A stretch of DNA of 64,000 bases from a virus: the UHGV virus genome UHGV-0125682; one strand, 5' to 3'. Shown one piece after another: positions 1 to 7,666 of this stretch (positions are counted from its first letter, which is position 1; each line of letters begins with the position of its first letter). A model generated the notes under the pieces. It was not told the origin of the DNA, did not search any database, and saw only the letters and a program-made list of their open reading frames with translations. The position numbers were made by a program, and so were the translations under genes.

Positions 1-1001
1 CTAACAGCACGTCTGAAGTGCTGGCCGCTACACCGAAAGCTGTCAAGGCTGCATATGACCTGGCTAACGGGAAGTACACAGCCCAGGATGCAACCACGAC
101 ACAAAAAGGGATAGTTCAGCTCAGTAGCGACACCAACAGCACTTCTGAAACATTAGCTGCAACTCCAAAAGCGGTTAAAGCTGCATACGATCTAGCAGCC
201 GGAAAGGCACCATCCAATCATATACATCCCTGGAATCAGATCACTGGTGTGCCAACAGCTTCATTGACAGCGAAAGGCATCACTCAGCTCAGTAGTGCCA
301 CTAACAGCACGTCTGAAGTGCTGGCCGCTACACCGAAAGCTGTCAAGGCTGCATACGATCTGGCAAACGGAAAACAACCGGCAGATGCCACGCTCACTGC
401 TCTGGCAGGACTTGCCACTGCAGCAGATCGGTTGCCTTATTTTACCGGAGCAGACCGCGCAGCGCTGGCAACCCTTACAGCTATTGGTCGCGCTATTATC
501 GCTAAGGGCAGTATAAAAGATGTCCTCAATTACCTTGGTTTAGGAGAAGGCTCGGCGCTACCCGTTGGTGTACCTGTTCCGTGGCCCACCGCCACACCGC
601 CAGCAGGCTGGTTAAAGTGCGACGGGCGCGCCTTTACAAAAGAACAATATCCTGTTCTGGCCAGAGTCTACCCGACCCTCCGTCTTCCCGATTTACGCGG
701 TGAGTTTATTCGTGGCTGGGATGACGGACGTGGTGTGGATGCCGGGCGACAATTATTATCTTCACAGGGGGATGCAATAAGAAATATTGAGGGATTCGCA
801 GATGGCGGGATCGGTATGTCTTTTGATGCAATCAGAGGGGCTTTTTATGATGCAGGAACACGATCTGCGAGAATGCCGAATAACACAACTGATATAGGCA
901 AAACCGATGACCTTGGATTCGACGCCTCTCGTGTCGTGCCAACAGCTAATGAAAACCGTCCTCGTAATATTGCCTTTAATTATATCGTAAGGGCGGCATA
1001 A
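1..1001 (+). CDS. Tail fibre protein, 5'-partial (repeat region plus currently expressed C-terminal cassette A)
   Basis: Open in frame from window edge; ~40-aa repeats ...SE(T/V)LAATPKAVKAAYDLA(N/A)GK...; conserved segment GEGSALPVGVPVPWPTATPPAGWLKCDGR...RGEFIRGWDDGR; ends ...NRPRNIAFNYIVRAA. Confidence 0.85.
   Translation, partial: NSTSEVLAATPKAVKAAYDLANGKYTAQDATTTQKGIVQLSSDTNSTSETLAATPKAVKAAYDLAAGKAPSNHIHPWNQITGVPTASLTAKGITQLSSATNSTSEVLAATPKAVKAAYDLANGKQPADATLTALAGLATAADRLPYFTGADRAALATLTAIGRAIIAKGSIKDVLNYLGLGEGSALPVGVPVPWPTATPPAGWLKCDGRAFTKEQYPVLARVYPTLRLPDLRGEFIRGWDDGRGVDAGRQLLSSQGDAIRNIEGFADGGIGMSFDAIRGAFYDAGTRSARMPNNTTDIGKTDDLGFDASRVVPTANENRPRNIAFNYIVRAA
523..548 (+). other. Candidate invertase crossover site 1 (26 bp; complement reads TTCTCCTAAACC-AA-GGTAATTGAGGA)
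   Basis: Half-site TTCTCCTAAACC resembles gix/hix half-sites (TTCCTGTAAACC / TTCTTGAAAACC); 2-bp AA core; lies at start of repeat R1 inside coding sequence. Confidence 0.55.
537..715 (+). repeat. Repeat R1 (~170 bp, one of four near-identical copies)
   Basis: Near-identical to 1009-1190 and, in inverse orientation, to 2420-2597 and 2860-3035; encodes the conserved tail-fibre segment. Confidence 0.9.
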
Positions 1002-1020
1002 AAACGTTGGTTTAGGAGAA
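995..1020 (+). other. Candidate crossover site 2 (complement TTCTCCTAAACC-AA-CGTTTTTATGCC)
   Basis: Same conserved half-site and AA core as site 1; stop codon of cassette A lies in its variable half. Confidence 0.55.
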
Positions 1021-1524
1021 GGCTCGGCGCTACCCGTTGGTGTGCCTGTTCCGTGGCCCACCGCCACACCGCCAGCAGGCTGGTTAAAGTGCGACGGGCG
1101 CGCCTTTACAAAAGAACAATATCCTGTTCTGGCCAGAGTCTACCCGACCCTCCGTCTTCCCGATTTACGCGGTGAGTTTATCCGTGGATGGGACGACGGG
1201 CGCAAAGTTGATACAGGACGTAAGTTGCTGTCCGCACAAGGGGCAACGCTGTTAAGAACAGCAATGCTGGATTATTATAACCAGGACACTACGGGAACCT
1301 CGGGGATAGTCGGCATGGGATTCAACAATGAAGATTCCATTACAGACCTTCGTGAGGGCAGCTTTAAAATGCCGGACGGGACAACATTCAGCGATCCTGT
1401 CATAGCAATGTCAGACAATGGTATGCAGGCTACTATTCTGACCTCTATCAGAAGCGGGTATGCGAAGGGTATCACTGTCAGACCCCGTAGCATTGCACTT
1501 AATTACATTGTGAGGGCAGTTTAA
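1003..1524 (+). CDS. Silent tail-fibre C-terminal cassette B (no own start; ORF-track ATG at 1042 is incidental)
   Basis: Begins with repeat R2 encoding same conserved segment, then unique ~100 aa, ends ...RPRSIALNYIVRAV; frame closed by stop at 988-990. Confidence 0.6.
   Translation, partial: NVGLGEGSALPVGVPVPWPTATPPAGWLKCDGRAFTKEQYPVLARVYPTLRLPDLRGEFIRGWDDGRKVDTGRKLLSAQGATLLRTAMLDYYNQDTTGTSGIVGMGFNNEDSITDLREGSFKMPDGTTFSDPVIAMSDNGMQATILTSIRSGYAKGITVRPRSIALNYIVRAV
1009..1190 (+). repeat. Repeat R2
   Basis: Direct copy of R1 with one mismatch over ~170 bp. Confidence 0.9.
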
Positions 1525-2138
1525 TGAGTAACACTGCAGTTCTGGATGAAAACGGTATCGCCACTGTAGCGGGCGATATCACTGTATATCACTATGACGA
1601 GGAAACCCGGGAATACACCTCATCCTCTGTGGAGTATCTCGCCCTTGGGGTGGGTACTCCGGCACATTCGTGCGCCGATGCACCGCCGGAGGCAATTTCG
1701 GGTTACGTGGTTTGCCGGACTGCCACGCTGAACGGGTGGGAGCATGTGCCTGATCACCGCGGCGAGACGGTATACAGCACGGAGAACGGTAACCCCGTTC
1801 TGATTACCCAACCGGGTGATTACCCGGCGGACACCACCACAAAACAGCCTGCCACACCATGGGATACCTGGAACGGTGAAGCGTGGGTAACTGATACTGA
1901 ACGGCATAGAGCCGCAGAGCTGGAGACTGCCAAACTGCAACGCCAGAAACGGGTGGATCAGGCGATGAAGTCCATCGACCTCATCAACCTCAAACTGCGG
2001 GCAGGTCGCAGTCTGAAACCAGAAGAAACGGCAAAACTGAACGCCGTGCTGGATTATATCGACGAGCTGAACGCACTGGATATCAGCAAGGCACCTGAAA
2101 TCAGCTGGCCGGAAGCGCCACTGGCGCTTGCCGGCTGA
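1524..2138 (+). CDS. Tail fibre assembly protein (Tfa/U-like chaperone)
   Basis: 204 aa; start overlaps cassette B stop (TAATG); N-terminus MSNTAVLDENGIATVAGDITVYHYDEE... and size typical of Tfa. Confidence 0.75.
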   Translation: MSNTAVLDENGIATVAGDITVYHYDEETREYTSSSVEYLALGVGTPAHSCADAPPEAISGYVVCRTATLNGWEHVPDHRGETVYSTENGNPVLITQPGDYPADTTTKQPATPWDTWNGEAWVTDTERHRAAELETAKLQRQKRVDQAMKSIDLINLKLRAGRSLKPEETAKLNAVLDYIDELNALDISKAPEISWPEAPLALAG

Positions 2139-2144
2139 ACGGTA

Positions 2145-2597
2145 TCACGCCGCCCTCACGATATAGTTAAATGCGATATTGCGGGGGCGAGCTGATACAT
2201 AAGCCCACCAGTCATATCTTTGTGCACCTTTAGAGGATGCATCAAATATCCACTTTTTGCCATTTATGACCCCCAGTTGATTAGAGGTTAAAGCGTCACC
2301 AAATCCGTATTGTGTAGAGCCGAGCGAACTGATATCTCCGGTATCATTATCATCAAAACCGGATACGATAGTCCCTTCCTGAAATGAAAGTAGCGCACGC
2401 CCGGTATCAACCTTTCGTCCGTCATCCCATCCACGGATAAACTCACCGCGTAAATCGGGAAGACGGAGGGTCGGGTAGACTCTGGCCAGAACAGGATATT
2501 GTTCTTTTGTAAAGGCGCGCCCGTCGCACTTTAACCAGCCTGCTGGCGGTGTGGCGGTGGGCCACGGAACAGGTACACCAACGGGTAGCGCCGAGCC
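2145..2597 (-). CDS. Silent tail-fibre C-terminal cassette C (inverted; absent from ORF track, no ATG)
   Basis: Reverse strand translates without stops: ...LPDLRGEFIRGWDDGRKVDTGRALLSFQEGTIVSGFDD...ARPRNIAFNYIVRAA*; preceded by inverted repeat R3. Confidence 0.6.
   Translation of the reverse strand, partial: GSALPVGVPVPWPTATPPAGWLKCDGRAFTKEQYPVLARVYPTLRLPDLRGEFIRGWDDGRKVDTGRALLSFQEGTIVSGFDDNDTGDISSLGSTQYGFGDALTSNQLGVINGKKWIFDASSKGAQRYDWWAYVSARPRNIAFNYIVRAA
2420..2597 (-). repeat. Repeat R3 (inverted copy)
   Basis: Reverse complement matches R1/R2. Confidence 0.9.
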
Positions 2598-2623
2598 TTC
2601 TCCTAAACCAACGTTTCATGCCG
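2598..2623 (-). other. Candidate crossover site 3 (TTCTCCTAAACC-AA-CGTTTCATGCCG)
   Basis: Conserved half-site plus AA core, inverted relative to sites 1-2. Confidence 0.55.
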
Positions 2624-3035
2624 CCCTTACGATATAATTAAACGCAATGTTACGAGGACGAATGGTTACATAATTAACCCCATCACCTCGTGAAGGCCCT
2701 GCAAATGAAAAACGGGAAAATCCTGGTTGGTTAGAAACAATTTGGTCATAGTTATTGATTGAATGACCAGACCCAATGTCGAAATTACCTCCGTAATGAG
2801 AAAAACTTGTACCATCCTGCCGTGAAAGCAGATCGCGCCCTGTATCCACTTTTCGCCCGTCGTCCCATCCACGGATAAACTCACCGCGCAAATCGGGAAG
2901 ACGGAGGGTCGGGTAGACTCTGGCCAGAACAGGATATTGTTCTTTTGTAAAGGCGCGCCCGTCGCACTTTAACCAGCCTGCTGGCGGTGTGGCGGTGGGC
3001 CACGGAACAGGTACACCAACGGGTAGCGCCGAGCC
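2616..3035 (-). CDS. Silent tail-fibre C-terminal cassette D (inverted)
   Basis: Reverse strand: GEGSALPVGVPVPWPTATPPAGWLKCDGR...RGEFIRGWDDGRKVDTGRDLLSRQDGTSFSHYGGNFDIGSGHS...IRPRNIAFNYIVRAA*; ORF track shows only the distal 91 aa. Confidence 0.6.
   Translation of the reverse strand, partial: GSALPVGVPVPWPTATPPAGWLKCDGRAFTKEQYPVLARVYPTLRLPDLRGEFIRGWDDGRKVDTGRDLLSRQDGTSFSHYGGNFDIGSGHSINNYDQIVSNQPGFSRFSFAGPSRGDGVNYVTIRPRNIAFNYIVRAA
2860..3035 (-). repeat. Repeat R4 (inverted copy)
   Basis: Reverse complement matches R1/R2. Confidence 0.9.
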
Positions 3036-3061
3036 TTCTCCTAAACCAACGTTTATCTCTC
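3036..3061 (-). other. Candidate crossover site 4 (TTCTCCTAAACC-AA-CGTTTATCTCTC)
   Basis: Conserved half-site plus AA core; immediately upstream of invertase gene. Confidence 0.55.
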
Positions 3062-3115
3062 AAATCCTCCCCACATTATCTCAGTACTTTAACCACTCAA
3101 AAGGGAGTATTTTTA

Positions 3116-3688
3116 ATGCTGATTGGCTACATACGTGTGTCAACAAATGACCAAAACACAGATTTGCAACGCAATGCATTAATGTGCGCAGGATGTGAAC
3201 AGATTTTTGAGGACAAAATGAGCGGAACCAAGTCGGAACGACCAGGCCTGAAACGCGCTTTAAAGTGCCTTAAAAGAGGGGATACATTGGTGGTCTGGAA
3301 GCTGGATCGGTTGGGTAGAAGAATGAAACACCTCATTGCTCTCACAGAAGAGCTACGCGCAAAAGGTGTCAATTTTCGCAGTCTGACGGATTCAATCGAT
3401 ACCAGCACTCCGATGGGAAGGTTCTTTTTTCATATGATGGGTGCACTGGCAGAAATGGAGCGTGAACTGATAGTTGAGCGCACGCTGGCAGGACTGGCTG
3501 CTGCGCGATCACAAGGAAGAGTTGGAGGACGTCGCCCGAAACTGACGAAGGAGCAGCATGAGCAGATCGCAAGATTGCTCCAGAAAGGGTATGACAGAAA
3601 GCGGCTGGCAATTATCTATGATATTGGACTGTCAACGATCTACCGCTATCACCCTGTTGGGACTGTCATAACGCAACCTGAAATGTAA
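3116..3688 (+). CDS. cin: Serine DNA invertase, Hin/Gin/Cin/Pin family
   Basis: MLIGYIRVSTNDQNTDLQRNAL...VVWKLDRLGR...MGALAEMERELIVERT...; resolvase catalytic domain plus C-terminal HTH; RBS AAGGGAG; true ATG at 3116 (ORF track starts at 2987). Confidence 0.93.
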   Translation: MLIGYIRVSTNDQNTDLQRNALMCAGCEQIFEDKMSGTKSERPGLKRALKCLKRGDTLVVWKLDRLGRRMKHLIALTEELRAKGVNFRSLTDSIDTSTPMGRFFFHMMGALAEMERELIVERTLAGLAAARSQGRVGGRRPKLTKEQHEQIARLLQKGYDRKRLAIIYDIGLSTIYRYHPVGTVITQPEM

Positions 3689-3904
3689 TTCTTTTTCAAA
3701 TAATGAAACGCCGCGTGGATGCCATTTATTGCACAAGATAGAGTGCATTTATCGCGCGGCGCATCATCATTTGTTGATATGCGAATGTATCCAATAAGCA
3801 TATGTCTCCCTTGTATGCTAAGGATACGATCCTAGAAGATGTCCTGTAAGGAAATAACAAACTGACTAAGTTAGTGGCGCATTAGATGTTATTTCTGGAG
3901 GGGT

Positions 3905-4231
3905 ATGTTTGCAGATTATGAAAATCTGGCTGTAGTAGTCATAACATCCCTACTAAGTGGAACCGGCGTATTCCTTCTCGGAGTTAGAGACGGGCGCATT
4001 TCTGCGTCCCTGCTCAATCTTGCGAGTGAATTGTTTACTGCGGTAACAGCCGGGCTTGCGGGGTATGGGGTGGCGGTTAGCCAAGAATGGCCTGAAGGTA
4101 TCATTTTCTGCGTTGTTCTGATTGCCAGTAACAACGGTAGTGAAATTTTACAGGGCTTGAAGTCCAGAGCTAGTAACGTCTTGAATCTCTTAAGCGTAAT
4201 AGCGAATGGGGGAAAAGGTGGAGAGAAATAA
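3905..4231 (+). CDS. lydA: Holin-like small membrane protein (P1 LydA-like by size and position)
   Basis: 108 aa with hydrophobic segments and charged C-terminus; AT-rich; RBS GGAGGGG; follows invertase as in P1. Confidence 0.5.
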   Translation: MFADYENLAVVVITSLLSGTGVFLLGVRDGRISASLLNLASELFTAVTAGLAGYGVAVSQEWPEGIIFCVVLIASNNGSEILQGLKSRASNVLNLLSVIANGGKGGEK

Positions 4232-4677
4232 TGGGTAACTTTGGAAATTATTTCATTTTTATCATGGCATTTGTTGCCATCATTGACCGTTTCATTTTTC
4301 GTCGCAAGAGTGTTGAGATTTTGAGTATTGGTGACGCTGTAGTGAAAGAATCCGCTATAGCATTTCCTGTTTCGCTACGTGTTAAGCGAAGCTGGGTCAG
4401 CAATGCTCAAATCGAATATTGGTTGCAAGACCTGAAAAATCCATCTGTGGTTATTTCAGGGAAAACGCGACCAGTTGACGCCTCAAAACGCGGTGAGAGA
4501 GAAGAGTATTTGCTCATCGATACGAAATATCTTGAGCCAACGAAGTGGGATCTGAAAGTCACATTGACTAACGGTAACTGTCGACTGAATCCGCTTTATC
4601 GCATTTTCCCTATCAATGACTGCATAGAGCGCCAGTTTACGATCGAAAAGCGTGAAGGAGACTGGGATGTCAAATAA
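4231..4677 (+). CDS. lydB: Antiholin-like protein (P1 LydB-like by size and position)
   Basis: 148 aa, N-terminal TM; ATG overlaps upstream stop (TAATG). Confidence 0.4.
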   Translation: MGNFGNYFIFIMAFVAIIDRFIFRRKSVEILSIGDAVVKESAIAFPVSLRVKRSWVSNAQIEYWLQDLKNPSVVISGKTRPVDASKRGEREEYLLIDTKYLEPTKWDLKVTLTNGNCRLNPLYRIFPINDCIERQFTIEKREGDWDVK

Positions 4678-5287
4678 GAATAATTATGTTCTTCTTAATT
4701 ATGATGAGTTAAACGAAAAGGGGCTGTCAAAACTCGTCAAAGAAATCAGCAAAGGTGGTTACAAGATAGCGAGGGTGATCCCTGCAAGTAATGGCAGGAA
4801 GAAAGATGGGATCATGACGCGCACGTTTACCCTTATTGGTATTGATGAACAGACAATGGAAGTTCAGGTTAACGATACCGGTGATATATCTGGGATCAAA
4901 CTGAATGGTAAAACAGTACCGTTCAAGCCAGTAAAAACAATGTCGGCTTTGGGGCAATCTCTTGCGGCTTTATTTAATCGCGGAGCAACTTCTTTCCAGA
5001 AGTCATTAGCTCGAAAACTTGCTCGTGCAGCAAAAAATATTGATGACGGAAATAAGAAGCGGCAGGGAGTTAAATCTAACGCTCAGAAATTAGCTGAAGC
5101 GAAAGAATCACGTGATGCACTCCGTGAAGATATCGCTAATGCTAACGACAAACTGTCTAAACTCCAGAGCAAGTCAGACAAAGTAATGCAAGATACGGGT
5201 AACGTTAAAGCTGCCTTGTCTCAGGAAGTAGCTAAGACACGTGCTCTTAAAGAAGAAATCGCGCGCCTGGAGGATGAGCATGATTAA
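4667..5287 (+). CDS. hdf: Hdf-like coiled-coil protein (dar operon, by synteny)
   Basis: ~206 aa from ATG 4667 (RBS GAAGGAGA); coiled-coil C-terminus; precedes DarA-like gene. Confidence 0.4.
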   Translation: MSNKNNYVLLNYDELNEKGLSKLVKEISKGGYKIARVIPASNGRKKDGIMTRTFTLIGIDEQTMEVQVNDTGDISGIKLNGKTVPFKPVKTMSALGQSLAALFNRGATSFQKSLARKLARAAKNIDDGNKKRQGVKSNAQKLAEAKESRDALREDIANANDKLSKLQSKSDKVMQDTGNVKAALSQEVAKTRALKEEIARLEDEHD

Positions 5288-7205
5288 CAATCCTTTACGA
5301 ATTAATATTCAGTCTACTTTTGCTGATACGATCCCCGGCTATGTGCCAAGTCGCTGGTCTTCAGAAGAATTAAGCGAAGATGACCTGATTTTTGAGGCGG
5401 CGACCTTAGAAGATATTGAGCTTGCCTATATGGGCAATGAAATTCTGGTTGTGTCTGACGAAGCTATGTTTGAGTCCATAACTACAACCAGAATTCGGTT
5501 AGCTCAAACAATGCGAGCTTTCGTCCGTGCGCTGAATCGTGGCCTGAATGGTACGAATATTATGGCAGGGACTGATGAAGCCGGGACCGATGAAAATGGA
5601 CGTAATTGTATTGGTGGTGCGATTATCGGTCGTGTACGTCGGGTAGCTAATATCCCTGTTTTGACCGCGCAGATACCGCTTACTGACGGGCAGAGTACAA
5701 GCATAATTTTCCACTCTCCAACAGCTGACGGGGCAAAAATAAAGAGTAACGACGAGCTTGTTGCATTTCAGTTTTTACTTAATAAGCGTAACGTAACTCA
5801 CGTTGTCGCCCCGATTGGTGGGAGAGATGTTTCTTTAAGCCAGGTATGCCAGGCGCTATCTAATTTGATTGAGCGTAACAGCGAAAAATTTAAGAAAGCA
5901 AAAGAGCGCCAGGACAAAATGAAGGCAGATATTGAGAGTTATCTCAATGAAGCAGATAAACTGGCAGAAGAACGGTCAATAATGATTGATCAGGTGGACG
6001 TTGCGCAACGTGGGCTGACTGAAAAGCGTGCTGCTCTTACGGAGATGCAAAAAAAACTTGATGCCCAGAAAGCCATCAACGAGGAATTACAAGAAAAACG
6101 CGATAAATTGTTGTCTGCTAAAGGTGAAAAAACGAAGGAACGAGCGTTTAGTGACCAGCTGCGACATGTAAAACATAATCTTGCCATTGACGGAAAAACA
6201 GTGCTGGATAATGGCGCTGAAGTTAATTATATCACGTCCGGCAGTGACAATTTCGTTACGATAGTAGCACCTGAAGGTAAATTCAGTATTGATGCCAGTG
6301 CTGTCAAAGGAGGCAGTTTGGCAGATGCTGCAACCAAATTACTTAAAGCCTACCGAGAGCATAACGCAGATAAATATAAAGTTGATGTGTTACCAGGCCA
6401 GCAGGAAGACCCCGAACCACCACAGACAGACCCCGAGACGAACCCAGTATCACAACCAGAGAGCCAGGATGTAGGTAAATACCACTATGCACTTCAATCT
6501 CGCCCGGCTGGTGTTGGTGCTGTGCCGGATGGAAATAAAGCCGTGCTTGATCGTCCTGACCAGGCTGATCAGTATTACGAATATGCTCGTCACGGTATCA
6601 TTACGTATGACCGTAAACTGACAGATGAAGAAGTCAGCCAGTACGAGTTGCTCTATCTTCCTGATGAAGATGAGCTGAAAGATTTTGCAGGCCAATTGGT
6701 TGTGTCCAGCATGTCGAAACATATTGATGGCTATGTAGACCTGTTTGGCAGTGACCTGAAAACATTCAAGGCGCAAGTGAAAATTCTTTTCCGCAAAGCG
6801 TTTCCAAACGTGGCGTATCCACTTGGTGATGGGGAGAACCTTTTCATTATGGACGTGTATAACGCCCTTCAAAATCATTCAAGCGAAGTAAAAACAGAGC
6901 ATGTGGTTGAGCCGGAATCACAACCACAACCAGCACCAGAACAGGAGCCGGAGCCAGAAGAAGCTGGTGAATCAGCAAGTGAAGCTGATCAGGAGGCAGA
7001 TAAAGCACTGGAGTACCTGAAATCCGTGCCGGAGCAGTTTACATCCCGCGATCTGACGGTCATCAGTGCTGAACTTGATCATGTGCAGGAAGCAGCAAAC
7101 GCTCTAATCAGCGCAGGTCGATACGACGAGAACGAAGCCACTGTTGGTGCAGCAGTTGACTACCTGATCAACATTCTGGCTGAAATTCAGCAGGGAGGTG
7201 CTTAA
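5283..7205 (+). CDS. darA: DarA-like anti-restriction / capsid-internal protein
   Basis: ~640 aa; central coiled coil and acidic PE-rich linkers; size and order match P1 dar operon; no sequence motif independently confirms it. Confidence 0.45.
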   Translation: MNNPLRINIQSTFADTIPGYVPSRWSSEELSEDDLIFEAATLEDIELAYMGNEILVVSDEAMFESITTTRIRLAQTMRAFVRALNRGLNGTNIMAGTDEAGTDENGRNCIGGAIIGRVRRVANIPVLTAQIPLTDGQSTSIIFHSPTADGAKIKSNDELVAFQFLLNKRNVTHVVAPIGGRDVSLSQVCQALSNLIERNSEKFKKAKERQDKMKADIESYLNEADKLAEERSIMIDQVDVAQRGLTEKRAALTEMQKKLDAQKAINEELQEKRDKLLSAKGEKTKERAFSDQLRHVKHNLAIDGKTVLDNGAEVNYITSGSDNFVTIVAPEGKFSIDASAVKGGSLADAATKLLKAYREHNADKYKVDVLPGQQEDPEPPQTDPETNPVSQPESQDVGKYHYALQSRPAGVGAVPDGNKAVLDRPDQADQYYEYARHGIITYDRKLTDEEVSQYELLYLPDEDELKDFAGQLVVSSMSKHIDGYVDLFGSDLKTFKAQVKILFRKAFPNVAYPLGDGENLFIMDVYNALQNHSSEVKTEHVVEPESQPQPAPEQEPEPEEAGESASEADQEADKALEYLKSVPEQFTSRDLTVISAELDHVQEAANALISAGRYDENEATVGAAVDYLINILAEIQQGGA

Positions 7206-7573
7206 TGACCATCTCTGTTTTAGACCGCCTGAAATTAGGTAAAGAGCTATCAGATCTAATGCAGGCGCAGAAAACGGCGCCAGTATTGCAACGCGTCACC
7301 ATTGGTAAGCAGATTGTTGATGTGATGCTGAAATTGGGCTTGGGGACTGCCGCGCAACCGGCAGCGGAACCGCAACAACAGACTGATCCTGTTGTAGATG
7401 AAGTTCCTAAGATAGTGACTGACTTCCTGGGCGGTGTGTTCACAAAGTCCACACAAATGGAATTTATTGATGCGCTGCGTGGGATCTCAAACTATGTTGG
7501 CGAGTTCCTTACGTTGGAACAGGCAAAAGAGCAGACCATAAGCTGGGTGAAAGCCAACGGTTATGCAGGGTAA
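7205..7573 (+). CDS. ddrA: DdrA-like small protein
   Basis: 122 aa; ATG overlaps darA stop; synteny only. Confidence 0.35.
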   Translation: MTISVLDRLKLGKELSDLMQAQKTAPVLQRVTIGKQIVDVMLKLGLGTAAQPAAEPQQQTDPVVDEVPKIVTDFLGGVFTKSTQMEFIDALRGISNYVGEFLTLEQAKEQTISWVKANGYAG

Positions 7574-7666
7574 TCAAAGGGGCTGAAATGCCCCTTTCAC
7601 TTTCCTGTAAGTCCATAAATCACACACTTTTTACACTTCCTGCTTTCTATGTAAGGGGAGTGTATT

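Noticed and set aside
295-516. 73-aa ORF in an alternative frame inside the tail-fibre gene
   Set aside because: Nested in the repeat region of a clearly coding frame.
1042-1524. ORF-track start codon at 1042 for cassette B
   Set aside because: The Met falls inside the conserved repeat shared by all four cassettes; the segment is a promoterless exchangeable 3' cassette.
6450-6878. 142-aa antisense ORF inside the DarA-like gene
   Set aside because: Nested antisense to a long ORF, AT-rich, no RBS.
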